A stretch of DNA of 47,026 nucleotides, counting the filler, from Dirinaria sp. TL-2023a (taxonomy: Eukaryota), in the NCBI GenBank assembly GCA_051941275.1. It is 2 parts of 2 records of this genome, joined end to end, with 100 filler letters (N's around TTAATTAATTAA, not from the genome) between each part and the next. Parts side by side here need not be neighbours in the genome. Positions count along the whole stretch, not along the records: positions 1 to 23,486 come from JAVEBF010000205.1; positions 23,587 to 47,026 come from JAVEBF010000206.1. One strand, given 5' to 3'. A program made the position numbers and the translations under genes. Positions 12,235 through 24,202 of this stretch are shown piece by piece (positions within the stretch are counted from its first letter, which is position 1; the number at the start of each line of letters is the position of its first letter). The notes below the pieces were generated by a model. It did no database searches, had not been told where the DNA came from, and worked only from the letters and a program-made list of their open reading frames with translations.

Positions 12235-12732
12235 TGTGATGGGAAAATGTGAGTATGAAGTGTTCTAATCAAGCCGACGCGGTCAAGGATAGGAGACAAA
12301 ATGTTCAATCTCGTGGAGAAAACAGAGGTGCACGCATGTTTCTATGTGAATAGCTGGACATCGTCCTGTTACAAGTGTCGGATAGCCTGGGTGAAAGAGC
12401 GATGGATGGCGATAAGAAAGAAAGATCAATCTACAGCTTGCTTGTCTGAGGAGGATGGGGTAGAAGTACGAGGACGAGTTTGTGATGTCAAACAAAGCTC
12501 CATACAAAGTAATAATAATGTACTTTAGGACTTGGACAGGGATCCGCAGTCCGCTTCAGATCAGCCGCCAAGCGCTTCTGCAGAGCCTCGAGCCTCGGCA
12601 ATGATTATCTATTCGTAACTCTTACATGCAACTGCCACTCCCGACTCGTCCGCACTCCCCAGATCTAACCAATCTGTAGTACTCAAGAGCGCTCAGCTTC
12701 TCAAGCCTTTCAGAACCCCTGGCAGCCTAGCT

Positions 12733-13175
12733 ATGCCTATGTACGAATCTCCTCCTGTCGATTGCGGACATAACTGATGCATTCCCAACAATCAGAACTC
12801 CTCGATCAAGCTACTATGACAATCACTATCGCCAGACTGCGGCCTTGATACGAGCGCGTCAACCCTACCTCATCAAGAACATATTCAGCGGTCTCGGCAT
12901 CTTCGCTTTCGTTATCAGCGTCTGTACGTTCTGCTTCGAGTCTTCATGATCAGAGTAGCGCTGCCACGACAGTGACATATACTGATCTGTATACCGTTAT
13001 ATCGGCAGACACTTTCACAATCAATGCAGTAGCCCAGGATGACTTCTCAGACGTCCCAGTCCCAGACGCTCCTCCCCAACCACCGCATACGCCGAACGCA
13101 GGCGTTGAAAGACCGGTCTCAGAAGCCCTGTTGAACCAAGAAAAGGCCCAAACCAAAAGCAGGCAGGCGTCTTAG
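12733..13175 (+). CDS. COA3: Cytochrome c oxidase assembly factor 3 (Coa3), 3 exons, ~100 aa
   Basis: Exons 12733-12740, 12796-12923 and 13009-13175 (GT-AG introns) splice to MPITPRSSYYDNHYRQTAALIRARQPYLIKNIFSGLGIFAFVISVYTFTINAVAQDDFSDV..., with the Coa3 RARxPY..KN-TM-Y.FTI.AV.QD.F.DV signature. The ORF track shows only the last exon. Confidence 0.85.
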
Positions 13176-13646
13176 GAAGAATTGATGAAGGTTATCAGGG
13201 ACAACACTATTGAGAAAATATTCATCTCAACGCAGCGATGATTATCGAAGCATGGTACAAGAAGGGTGGCGCAGAGTATACCATAAGTGACAAGACATAA
13301 AAGCAGGCCACCATGAGGTCTTGCGACGGAATGGATTGTTGACAGCGACCTATCGAGAGGCGCGTAGGAGTTACTCTGGTTTTACAATGCACTCCCATTC
13401 TCCATGGAACTCCTCGCTGAGCTCATTCCAAGTCCTCAATTGGTCGCTTTTTGTTATTACTGCTCAATCTGCTCCTCCAGCTTTGTGAATGCTTGAAAAC
13501 CACCCTGCTAAAGACCCTATTCACCAACTAATCCCGTATATGTTGACAGAATATATACACATATGGCACCCTAATCGATTTTACAAAGCCCATATTAACC
13601 TCTAAAATCAGAACCCGCGTCAAAGCTCAATAACCAGCGTTGCAGT

Positions 13647-14425
13647 TTACCAAGTAGCAATAGCCGCCAAAATTGCCATCAATCCATACTGGGCCTTCGA
13701 GCTACCGAGCACATTAGCCGCACTAGTCGGCGCCGTTACAGGAGCTGTTGTGGCTGCAGCGCCTTTAGCACTTGTTGCCGATGCGGTGCTCTTGCTTGCC
13801 CCAGTACTCTTCGCCGCCTTCGAGCTCTTGGTGGCGCTCGCATTGTCTGTGGAAGCTGACGTGGATGTCGTTGAAGTAGATGCCGCCGACTCCTTGCTGG
13901 ACGTAGTGGACGTTGTCATCCCGGACGCACTTGAGCTACCGGTACTTGTTACCTCGGAGCTGGAGGGGGCAGGCGAGACGGAGGGGGTCCCGGATGCCGA
14001 GGTCACGGATGCGACTGTGTTATCGGAATTGAGGACGAAGTACGCGCTGTAGTTCGTCTGGGACGGATCGCTGTCGGAGACGATTTCGATGGTATAGTCG
14101 GAATTTCGGACTGTGTTTGCCGGAGGAGTGTAAGTGTATTTGCCATTATTAGGCACATTGGCTGAGAAGCAGTTAATCACAGTCTGTATCAGTAGAGGCC
14201 AAGCAGACCCGTACCTTGGATAATTGTTCCTGGGTCCAGGTTGTTACTCGCTCCCTCGCGCAACCTCAAAGTTACAGTCCCCCCTGTGGTGGGGGTCCAG
14301 GTCAAGGTTGTCGGCTTGCCAGCCGTGAGAGAGAAGTCTGAAGGAAGTGTGAAAGGGTTCGGATTGCTCGCCGCAAGGGCTACGACGAAGAAGCCGCTGA
14401 AGGCGCAAAGAGAGATGATGCGCAT
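13647..14425 (-). CDS. Secreted GPI-anchored Ser/Thr-rich cell-surface protein with Kre9/Knh1-like N-terminal domain, 2 exons
   Basis: Signal peptide MRIISLCAFSGFFVVALAA; NPFTLP..AGKPTTLTWTPTTGGTVTLRL..G...NVPNNGKYTYTPP..DYTIEI...TNYSAYF; Ser/Thr/Ala stalk; hydrophobic C-terminus. Intron 14162-14214. Confidence 0.85.
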
Positions 14426-16660
14426 CTTGGAAGCAGGAACTTCGGCGTGTCAAACAGGTAGATTAGCTATACAAATTATTGTAGGACTTTAAGAGATGGG
14501 AGATAACGTTAACAATGAGCGAATTGTCATGAAAATAACAATGAATAAAACCCAGACAAACGAGTGTATATGTACAAACCGAGAATGCGAATTAAAATTG
14601 CAGGGGGTGCAGCGGCGAGACGAGCTCAGAGTCAGGGGTTGACCACTCTCGAGCCAATTCTCCGGCAATATTAGTCCCTCGCTTCTGCACCGGGAGCATT
14701 CCGACCTATCAACGCCTGATCGCAACCTTAAAACTTGGAGAAGGTATTTTTGCCCAACTCGCGAGATCACGAGACCTAGAATCCTGTGGCGGCTGACATG
14801 CTCGTACTCTTGTACCTACCTTTTCCGACCCCAGGTTTTACAACGGTCTCATCGCATAGGTACAACGGATTGGTCCAGCCTAGCGCAAATAGGTTGCCAG
14901 TCTTCTGTGCGCCTTATCTCCTGCCCAAGCGGGCAGCTCCGCAGGTACCTTGACAGGGTACCAACGACTACGAGCACGAGTACTACCTTACGGTGCAAAG
15001 TATCACCCGGCCACAGCCACTCGAGTCAAGCACTTCTTGAAGTCTAATAATAGAGTCTAAATCAACCTTCTCCCGATAGCTTTTTCGAACGACCTCGATC
15101 GCCTTGGTGTAAAGATCACTATCATTAGTTATCAGCGCCATGTTCAGTGTGGACTCGCGTGCTTGCGCCCGCCTCAACCCCCCAGGTCAGACGGAGGTGC
15201 ACCAGGGTTCGTTCAGGGTACATCATGTTGCCACGAGAAAGAAAATCTTGAAGCATTTTCGGGTAGGGAAAATAGGAAAACCACTCCTCCATCTCAAGTG
15301 CAATTAGGCTAGCGAGGTGTGAGTTTTGAGCAAAAGGATTTTGAAAAGATATAGCTTTTACAATCCTAATCCAGAGTCACATATTACAAAAGAAGGAGAA
15401 AAAAATAAAGAAAAATTAGGAAGAATAATTAGAATCCAAACCGGCAACCTTGGAAATCGGAAAAGCGTTCAGAATTCGGTGTCGAATGTTGATGAGCGCC
15501 GTGGTGCTTCCAAGGCAAGGAAACAAATCCAGATACTCTCTGAGGTCGAAGCGTCTAGGATCCATTGCACTATTGTGTCCCGCTTCTGCGATGATAAGAT
15601 ATACATACGGTATAGTTCGAGATTCGCCTCTTTTTCACAATAGACTCGCAAACCATAATGGCGAGATACATATCCCCATGAATGCGTGAGTAGAAGAGAG
15701 TAATCCATTTTCATGGGATGGAAGTGAACTGTTGCTGCCCTACCTTCAGGTGATGTCATGTACCCTAATCCTCTAAGTAGGCTGGCGGGGTAAAAATGAA
15801 TTGTCACACTACACCTAGAATCATTCGGTTTTAGCCGCCGGCAAACTACGGTACTGTGATATCTATTAGCTATTATATTAACTTAAGAAGTTGACAGTAA
15901 TCATATGATAGATCGCTACGCATATTGGAGAATTTCTGGCTCTGAAGCCTTTTTCCTCAATCACTAAGATTTTTTGAAAGGAAGGGAGCATTTCAATAAT
16001 ATGTCAACTCTTTTTTACCCGGCGGAGCTAAGGGAGGCACCTTGCTGAGCTTGCCAAGGTACGGAGTACAATTCCTTTTATTATTCGGTCTGATGACGTC
16101 TGATGACCCTCGGGAACATTCCCCTAGACCACCACCGCCTCTTCGCAAATAAAAAATTTATTTCTCATCATTTCTTCCACAAGCTCATATTTGCTACTAA
16201 AGCTGCAGATCCTGTGCCGTTATCATGCAGCAGCGTTGTCATGATGATCATAAGTGATTGCTGGGTACGGTCCCCTGTCATGCAGGCCGTGAGGCTTAGG
16301 CTCTGTTGGAGTTAGAATCGTATCTTGGCGGTTTCAAAGCCTGCTCCCCTGTCATTCTGGACCAATACCATCGTTTCTGCTGTTCGCTTCTGACAAATTT
16401 GTCGGTACTTTTCTCAAGCCTCTTGATGTCAAATGCAAAGCAAGCTACGGCACAGTGGTGGTTGATATTCGTCAAGGCGGCGATCTCACGGTTGAGGCTG
16501 TGAAGTATGGGGACTGCTGCAGCCATGTCTTAAAAGGACGCCCGTCTTCCAAAAATGCACTTCTTTCGTACTGAAGCCAAACTGTTGCTACGTGTAATTT
16601 GAGATTTTAGATGTCTTAGTACTATTGCTGTACCATTTTCATGTACTTCGAGTCTCAATC

Positions 16661-19091
16661 ATGAGCTACGAGACCCATAGCAATGGCCCTCAGTCCAATA
16701 TCCATCAAATAGGCCAAAAACACAATCCTCATCATGATCCATCTAGCCAAGATATGGACGGAATACCTTTGCGTGCTGCTACAGCGCCGACAAATATTCA
16801 ATGCAATGCCAAAAACAATAATGATCGCAATGCTCACAAACAGCTGCCGCCGCTACAATCCAGAAGCCATGACCAGTCTACCCAAGGCTATCGACCTGTC
16901 GGATCGCCACGAAAGGCATCGTATTCTCCAAAGCAGGCCGGCTACCCGACAAGACCTCAAGAGATATCCCAACACTTTGACCGACGAAGTCAGACCATTC
17001 GATTGTTCATCACCGAAGCAGCAAGGTTCTTAGTGACCATGATCTTCGTCGCTATGTTCGTCGTAGCATTGCGCAGCTGTAAGTAATCTGTTTCCAACAT
17101 TTATCATCCGAATGCGCGTGCTCCACAAGCGTTGAGCAATATTCTGGCAGTGTTTTTGCTGAGGACAGTCTCGTTCTTCAGGCCTTGGCTCTATGAAGAC
17201 TTTCTAATCACAAAATCGTACAGACTAAGGCACATGGGTGTTCCGAAAGCAGGGTAGAAACTGGTTCAATGCTATCATGACAGGGCTCGCTATTGCCTTC
17301 GGAGTACATCTTGCCGTAAGGAGGAGCACCGGTAACTCAATATCTGAACACTGCTAACCAAGCCCTTCCCAGACTTCGATGAAATCACTAGCAGGTAAAG
17401 CCCGCTGGTATCTTTTGGCGCAGCGATTTCGGCCCATCGAAGAAGCCAACCTCTTGCTCGGTTGTGACAGCTTGTCCAACATCTTGAAACTGTTATGGAA
17501 GGCTAGAAATCGTCGGTTTCCTTCTGCTTTACTCCCTTCTCTATTGCAAATTTTGGGTGTCATTTGGGTACGGATTCCCACTCTTCACCATTTGACATTG
17601 GCTGATCAAAGGCTTTAGCTACTCGTTAACGTTGTATGATGCCGCGCTCTTTCGATAACTATCGATAGCTGACTTAGACATTGGCCAGGGTTTACAAGTT
17701 GGGGTCGCTCTGATAGGATTGACGTACTCAGTGGACAACAGTCAACATGTGTCTCTTGGAAGAGCTCCTGTTGCAGTTCCGAACCTGGCCGTCTTCAGCT
17801 GGCGCAATAACACCGATATCAGTGACGATGACCAGCAAAGGTATGCAGCCCACAGTCTCGGGCTTATAGGGTCCAGTATGTATTTCGGATCTGGGCAAAA
17901 TGATTCATACCTTGGGCCAGTATCGGATCCGTCAAACAGTAGTGCTCGTACAATCGACAAGGACGATAAGGGATGGACCTATCGAATGGTGGATAGCAGC
18001 ACGGATGGTAAGACTACAGTCATCACCAACAGGACCATCAGTTCGACTACCATCTGCAAGTTCTACAATGTATCGCAATTCGGCGATGAGGGTGATAGTG
18101 ATATCATCAGAGTTCTAGACTGGCCCGGCCTGGACGAGATCTTTGTTGGCCATGCTTCTCCAGGCGCATCGAATTATTTGGTAAGTTGTATTGTCCATAA
18201 AAAGCAAGCCATGAGTCAATAATGGTTAAATGTAATGCAGACAAAATTCGATGACGACTGCGGAGCTCGGTGCACACGTGTTCAAGTTTTCCAAGCAAAG
18301 TCTGAGCCCGAAATAACCGTTGCCGGCTTCTTCGACTGCAACACCACAATATCCACGGTAGAAGGTGCATATGCTCCAGCCCACGACTTGCCCGACAAGC
18401 AAGCCAAGATAGCTGCGGGTGCTGTCGGATTCGGAGGTCCATCAAATTTTTCGTCTCATACTGCCTATCAAGTCTACCCCAATAAGTGCGTCTCTCCAGT
18501 GTGATCAAACCGACTTACTACAGCGCGTTACACAAGAACAGGATGATCACCGACTTCAAAAGAACCTCGCTAATTTAAAACGTGTGTAGTGCTTACGGTG
18601 CCAATTCCACCGAGGGCAACCCCACAGACATGGGCTTCTTCCTCTCCTCCTTCGCCATTCAGGTCGTCGCTTCCGTCGGCGCCTTCATCCCCCGTGTCAA
18701 CATCACCACCGGACGTGCCGATTCCCCAGCCAAAGGCTTCGGTCTCTCTGTACAGTGGCACCAGTCGATTCCCATCTTTGCCACTATCGCCGCCGTACAC
18801 TTAGCTCTCATCCTGATCATCATCCCCTTCGCCTCGAGAGTCATAGTGCACGACGACAGCGCGCTGGGCGTAGCACGGCTGCTGAAGAGCCAAGCCGACA
18901 GGCTAGGCGCTGGAGGCTCGTTGGCCGATGGCAAGAAATTGGCACGAGAATTGGGCGGTAGGGTGGCGTACGGCTTTCGCGAACCGCAAGATGTTCCTGG
19001 AAAAGATTTGAGGTCTTTGGTTGTGAGTGGAGATGTGGATCTTGCTCTTCCTCTGAGGTTTCCCAAGTTTCCAAATGGTGTTTATGCTTGA
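16661..19091 (+). CDS. Fungal multi-pass membrane protein of unknown function, 7 exons; possibly a pseudogene (TAA at 17226-17228)
   Basis: Exons 16661-17078, 17224(or 17230)-17315, 17373-17567, 17619-17633, 17689-18180, 18241-18485 and 18590-19091 join in frame with GT-AG borders. Hydrophobic segments FLVTMIFVAMFVVAL, WFNAIMTGLAIAFGVHLA, GLQVGVALIGLTYS and IPIFATIAAVHLALILIIIPFA; Cys-containing loop (CGARCTRV). Confidence 0.7.
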
Positions 19092-20970
19092 ATCTTGGTT
19101 GGGAACAGCAGCTCTGAAAGCGCATGGCGCATGATGCTGGAAAAAGCCAGCTATCAAATTTTGCGGGGTCTTTGCTGATTAACATTTGATATTGCGTTCT
19201 GGTGGTTTAGGCCTCTATATAACGCCCTCGAATATTGAGAAGTTTGCTGGGATCATCGTAGCTCTTCCCAAAAGTCTCTGAATTCGAGACTTTTATATGG
19301 ACGGCACTTTGGCGAATCCGAGCTTGTAAGGCAAGACTTCCTTAGCGAGTTTCAAAATTTTCCTTGGATACAAAGCTGACGAGATTTTTCAGATGAAGAT
19401 ATATCTTTTAAGGTTTAAGCATAATTTGATGTTGATCTTGGTCCTGGAAGCAGCTTTTTCTGACTAATAAAGATCTCACTTTTTTCCGAGTCACATGGTG
19501 AAAAAGTGACTGGTTGGAGGTCACAACATTAGTGTATGTCTCTCTTTTTTTAATGTTTTCTGGTTCTGTGCATATATTTCTCTAAGGAAAAAATTTGCGA
19601 CTGTCTTCCGCGTTTCCTCGGCTCATTTTGGAAGGCTGTACCCGCTTGTATGCAAACTGTTCGAAAGTTCCCTTCAGCTGAGTGCCTCGGCTATGAGGCC
19701 ACGGCCCACAACCCTCCTGGGTTCAGGGAAGAAGTAGCGATGAACGGATAGAGATCAGTATGAGGTCATGAGAGCAGCTTCTGCTCCTTAACCAGCCTCT
19801 TGCAGGAATACTGACCTCAACGCTTGAGGCATGGAAAATCTTTTTCGCTTGAGCTCGCCGAGGTGGCTGCGCGTATTATTGCCCGAATGGTCGGCCTGCA
19901 GGTGCGCGTCATCGATGACTAAGCTACCTTAGGTATTTAACTACTTTATAATTGAGGTAGTCCAGAGTGTGCTTGGTGTACCACTACTCTAGACCACTAC
20001 TCTACCCTGATCCATTTCTGTTCGTTGCTTCAAGGTCGAAAGGTCCCCTGTGGTGCCTTTGGTGTGCTAGCTGCAGTTGCGACTCCCTGGCAGCGATAAT
20101 GCAAGCGTATCAAAGCAGGAGAGCGCGATGGACGACTCTCCCAATCGAGCTCGCCTTAGAAAGCATGCGGAACAGGCTGCTTTTCCTGCTCACATTTGTG
20201 TGCCCTCCACTGGAATTGCAGCTGATGCAGCGACGCTGATAAGCATATACTACTGCCTACCGGATCATCATGCTGGACGCATTGCGTCGTGGGAAGACCA
20301 CGCAGTCTTCAGGTCTCCACTCCTCCTGCTGCACCTTGCTTTTGAATCCCGATAACAGGTTCGTTAAATCAGCGAGGGTTGAAAGCTGATGAACGGTTTG
20401 GGCAACACTGCTTCACGGGTAGCAAATGGGAGCCCTGGGGATTCATCATTGCCGTCCAATGCACGTGGAGCTTGCTACTCTGCAATGATAAAAATCAGAA
20501 GAGCCCTTTTCAGTGACTAAGAGTAATCCTGACTCGACTGATAAGGGCAAAAAGTCAAACACACACCCACACATAAGGTAAACATGCCTGTACGCGCGAC
20601 GTCCAAAAGAATACTATGACTGCCTCACGGTCGTCTTTGTGGGTGGCAATCATCGGCCATCGGATCGTCAAAATACAGAGCTCCCATATAGAGTTTCCTG
20701 CACCCCTCTTTGCTTACATTGTACGCAGAAGCAGCGGTGTGCCGAGGCCGAATTGCTCTCTTGCCACCCTTTAATTCTTCGTTTGGCCAGAATCTAGGTG
20801 CTGGCCCTTGCGCTCAACGGTAGTAGAGCAAACTATCGGCAGTGAAGATTTTCTTATTCCTGCCCGTATATTAGTGGTCTCGTTTCCGAATTCTCTGATA
20901 TACACAGAGCATTTCCTGAATTCAGAGTTAAAATCTTGACTTTCTCTCGAATCCTTGTGCTACAATCATA

Positions 20971-22311
20971 ATGGTGACCAAAGGTCCTACTCCAAGCCAC
21001 GAGCGTGTTCACGGTATAGGCGGATGGGATCCTCGTGATCGTACCCTTATCCGCGACCACGCGAACAATATCGTCAAGCATGCTAAAGAGGCGCAGCTCG
21101 ACCTTGTTAAACCAGTCCAAGTTTTAGCCGAGTTGATAGACAACAACCCTACTGTGCACGATTTGTTCACAGAGATGTTGACCGAGGTGCCTGTCGCTTA
21201 CGACAGAGACCCTTCATTCAGGCCAGACATTGGCGATGTACCAACCCCACTCAACGCGATCAATTTCCAGATCCAGCAACCAATCTCCTATAGCAGCTTG
21301 ATTCAGATCGGCACACCCATCAATGCCTTGCTGGACTGGCCAATGGGCACGAAGGCTGGCTTTGCCGCTTTCTTGCGAGACGACGTCAATAGCTGCTTTG
21401 AAGCAATACTGGTGTTCTGGGGAACTTTCCTGAAGTCCCTTGCATCGATTCAGACGGTCACGACAGCGGAAGGAGGATGGCTCTCAGCCGCTGCTCAGAC
21501 GAATCCCTCCAGCCCTGGTCTCAAAGATTTCTTGGAGACATATAGTGTACCGGACGCAAACGACATCCACTACGGCTTCAGAAGCTGGGATCAGTTCTTC
21601 ACTCGTAAATTCCTGCCTGGTGTCAGGGAGGTTGACGATCCACAAGACTCCCGTGTTATCGTCAGCGCAGCAGAATCCATACCTTTTTACATTCAAGAGA
21701 ACGTCCAGCTCCTAGACTCGTTTTGGGCGAAAGATCAGCACTACTCGCTCTAAGACTTCCTCGGTGACCCCGAAATGGCGGCGAAATTCGTTGGAGGCAC
21801 CGTCTACCAAGCTTTGCTGAGTGCAGACCGCTACCACAATTGGCATGCGCCAGTGTCTGGGAGCTACCTGCAAGCTCCCACCATCATAGCGGGAACATAC
21901 TATTCCGAGCCGCTTCTGGGGGGCCTTTCCCCCGAGCTTTCCCAAAACCCATTACCCAATCCGGACGCTGCGGCAATGAATTCCCAGGGCTACATCGCTT
22001 GCGTTGCCAAACGAGGCGTGGCTTACATACAGCCAGACGATCCCGCATTGGGCGTCATCGCTCTCGTCATGATCGGAATGGCCGATGTATCGTCGGTCGA
22101 GTTCGACAACCTCGGGCATTTCGAGAAAGGACAAGAACTCGGTCGCTTTCATTTCGGAGGAAGCACCCATTGCCTGATATTTGGGCCCGGTGTGAAGTTC
22201 CACCCGGACACCATATCGATTCCCAAAGATCCTTCACATGCTGAGCTGAACCTTGATCCTGTTCCAGTGTGTAAAAGACTGGGAACCGTGTCACCTGTGG
22301 CGACACCATAA
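20971..22311 (+). pseudogene. Phosphatidylserine decarboxylase family, PsiD-like (PSDC-type) gene interrupted by a single in-frame TAA (21751-21753)
   Basis: ORFs 20971-21753 and 21775-22311 share a frame (offset 804). Motifs: GTPINALLDWPMGTKAGFAAFL, YGFRSWDQFFTRKF, FWAKDQHYSL*DFL, FVGGTVYQALLSADRYHNWHAPVSG, and the autocleavage motif ELGRFHFGGSTHCLIF. No intron explains the stop. Confidence 0.85.
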
Positions 22312-22705
22312 TAGGATACTTCGTCAGTGACAAAAACTGGGGTCCCCTAGAATCATTGGCGGACAATGGCATCGGAGACTACCTCAAAACTCCAAGTCGA
22401 GAGCAAAATCCATTCCATTCCAGTACTTTCTTGTGACATGGGGCGAAGAAGCTTTCGGCTGGAATGAAGAAGCTATATTGTCTGGTCTCTACATGCAAAT
22501 GAGAAAAAGGAGAAGCTGTTGGCATTATTTATGTGTCGCAAATGGAATGAAATGCTTTATGAACGATTGATCTCTTTTGCCGAGCCAGATATGCAATTTG
22601 CTATGGTGGTATCGCCCTGGCCGACGCTGCACGCAAGTGAGAGACAATATGAATCTGGAGTATACACACACTGATCAGGCGCCGCACACAAACCCCGGGC
22701 ACCTT

Positions 22706-22724
22706 TGTTTTTTTTTTTTTTTTC

Positions 22725-22756
<32 letters not shown>

Positions 22757-22826
22757 GGGAAATCCTTATTCGTACCCGAGCTAGAAGAAATCTTTTATCA
22801 ACATTAAAAGGTAAAAAAAAAAAAAC
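22706..22826. repeat. Poly-T/(CTTT) and poly-A low-complexity tracts
   Basis: Long T runs at 22706-22757 and an A run at 22813-22825. Confidence 0.8.
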
Positions 22827-23486
22827 ACCTTCACCACCTCAAAAATTTTCTGTATAGCTCAGAGAACTCCCTCAGATTGAAAAAAATCTCCTCAAAAGTA
22901 GGGAGCTTGCAAATTGATTATTTGCTGAAAGAATCTGAGCACGAACGAACTAATATTTGCTAATCTTTATCAAACACAATTATTAAAAAGCACAAAAAAG
23001 TCACAAATAATTATGCATAACATTCTCTATGATGGTATCTCTGACTAAATCAGGATGTGATCTGATTGCTTCTGTCTTCTGCCTTCGCGTTCTTCTTCTT
23101 CTTCTTCGTTCAGCAAACTCTCTCATCGCTCTGCTGTCTTTCTTCATCGAGACAACTCCATCCAACGTCGTCTTCGGCTCGGATAACATGACATGAGCCT
23201 TTTTCACTTTCTTCTTCTGTCTGAACTCGCTGCGTTTAGCAGTACTTCGAGCTCAGTTTTTTCTTTTTTTTTTTCTTCAAGAGATCATCTAGCTTACATA
23301 CCATTGATCTAAGTTATCTGTATGCAGATGTAGGTGGTGGTGTTGTGTGCAGGTTTTTTTAGGTTTGGTGGTTCATGGATAGTTCTGTAAAAGCTCTAAA
23401 GGTTTCGCCGGTTTGGAAGGTATGAATACGATTATCAAAAACTCGGGTACGGTAAGGATTTCCCTTTTTTTTTTTTGGGGGGGGGG

Positions 23487-23586
23487 NNNNNNNNNNNNNN
23501 NNNNNNNNNNNNNNNNNNNNNNNNNNNNNNTTAATTAATTAANNNNNNNNNNNNNNNNNNNNNNNNNNNNNNNNNNNNNNNNNNNN
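23487..23586. other. Artificial assembly gap/contig linker (N44-TTAATTAATTAA-N44)
   Basis: Exactly 100 bp: two blocks of 44 N around a self-complementary 12-mer with TAA in all six frames. It is preceded by T/G homopolymers typical of a contig end. Confidence 0.95.
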
Positions 23587-24202
23587 TTGGAGTTCAGCAG
23601 GCTCTTTCTCGCGGTTTAGGAGTGGCGTGCTTCTAGGATATGTTGGAAATCATCCTTACCATAGGTTGCATGATGTTTGCATGCTGGATAGATTTCTTTG
23701 ATTTCTTTCATTATCTTTGTCATTTGGCAACCAGGTAGGCAAACACCTAATGCCTATATAGGCACCTGGTTATGACCTCAGATAGATTTCCAATAGTCAA
23801 TGATATTTCCAACACAGTATATCTAAAGGACGCCCTTATGGCATTCGCCATTCATATTGATATAACGCAGGAAAAACTGGACTATATAGATACCAAAAGC
23901 CAAGAACTCCAGGTAATCACTTCCATGAAAGAAAGAATCCCTCATTCAAATCGATACTGAGAGCCTGAGAACTCCTCTCGCAATGCTGCAAAATGCCCTG
24001 TTCACCGTAATCCTCCGTTACTCAGACACTCCTGCTCGCAGGTAATAGCTCCAGATCAAGACTTATTGCGAGGAACGCGATGTTGCAGGCCTAATCACAG
24101 CCTTTGGCATCCCAACAAGGACCGCAGCTGAAGTGGGGGAAGCACCACAATAATAGAAGGAATCGGACCCAAAGCCTAGACTCGAAAAAATCGACCATTC
24201 CA

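Noticed and set aside
13110..13145. RPVSEALLNQEK resembles the N-terminal motif of fungal Mic10 (RPVSEALLNEK)
   Set aside because: It lies in the C-terminal tail of the spliced Coa3 frame and is not followed by the Mic10 WD..GxGxG transmembrane segments, so it is treated as coincidence.
19200..20900. Possible gene in the 1.7 kb between the membrane protein and the PsiD-like gene
   Set aside because: Only short ORFs without motifs; no coherent exon chain could be built.
23729..23771. Short inverted repeat AACCAGGT...ACCTGGTT enclosing palindrome TGCCTATATAGGCA
   Set aside because: Too short to call a MITE or structured RNA; no second copy seen in the window.
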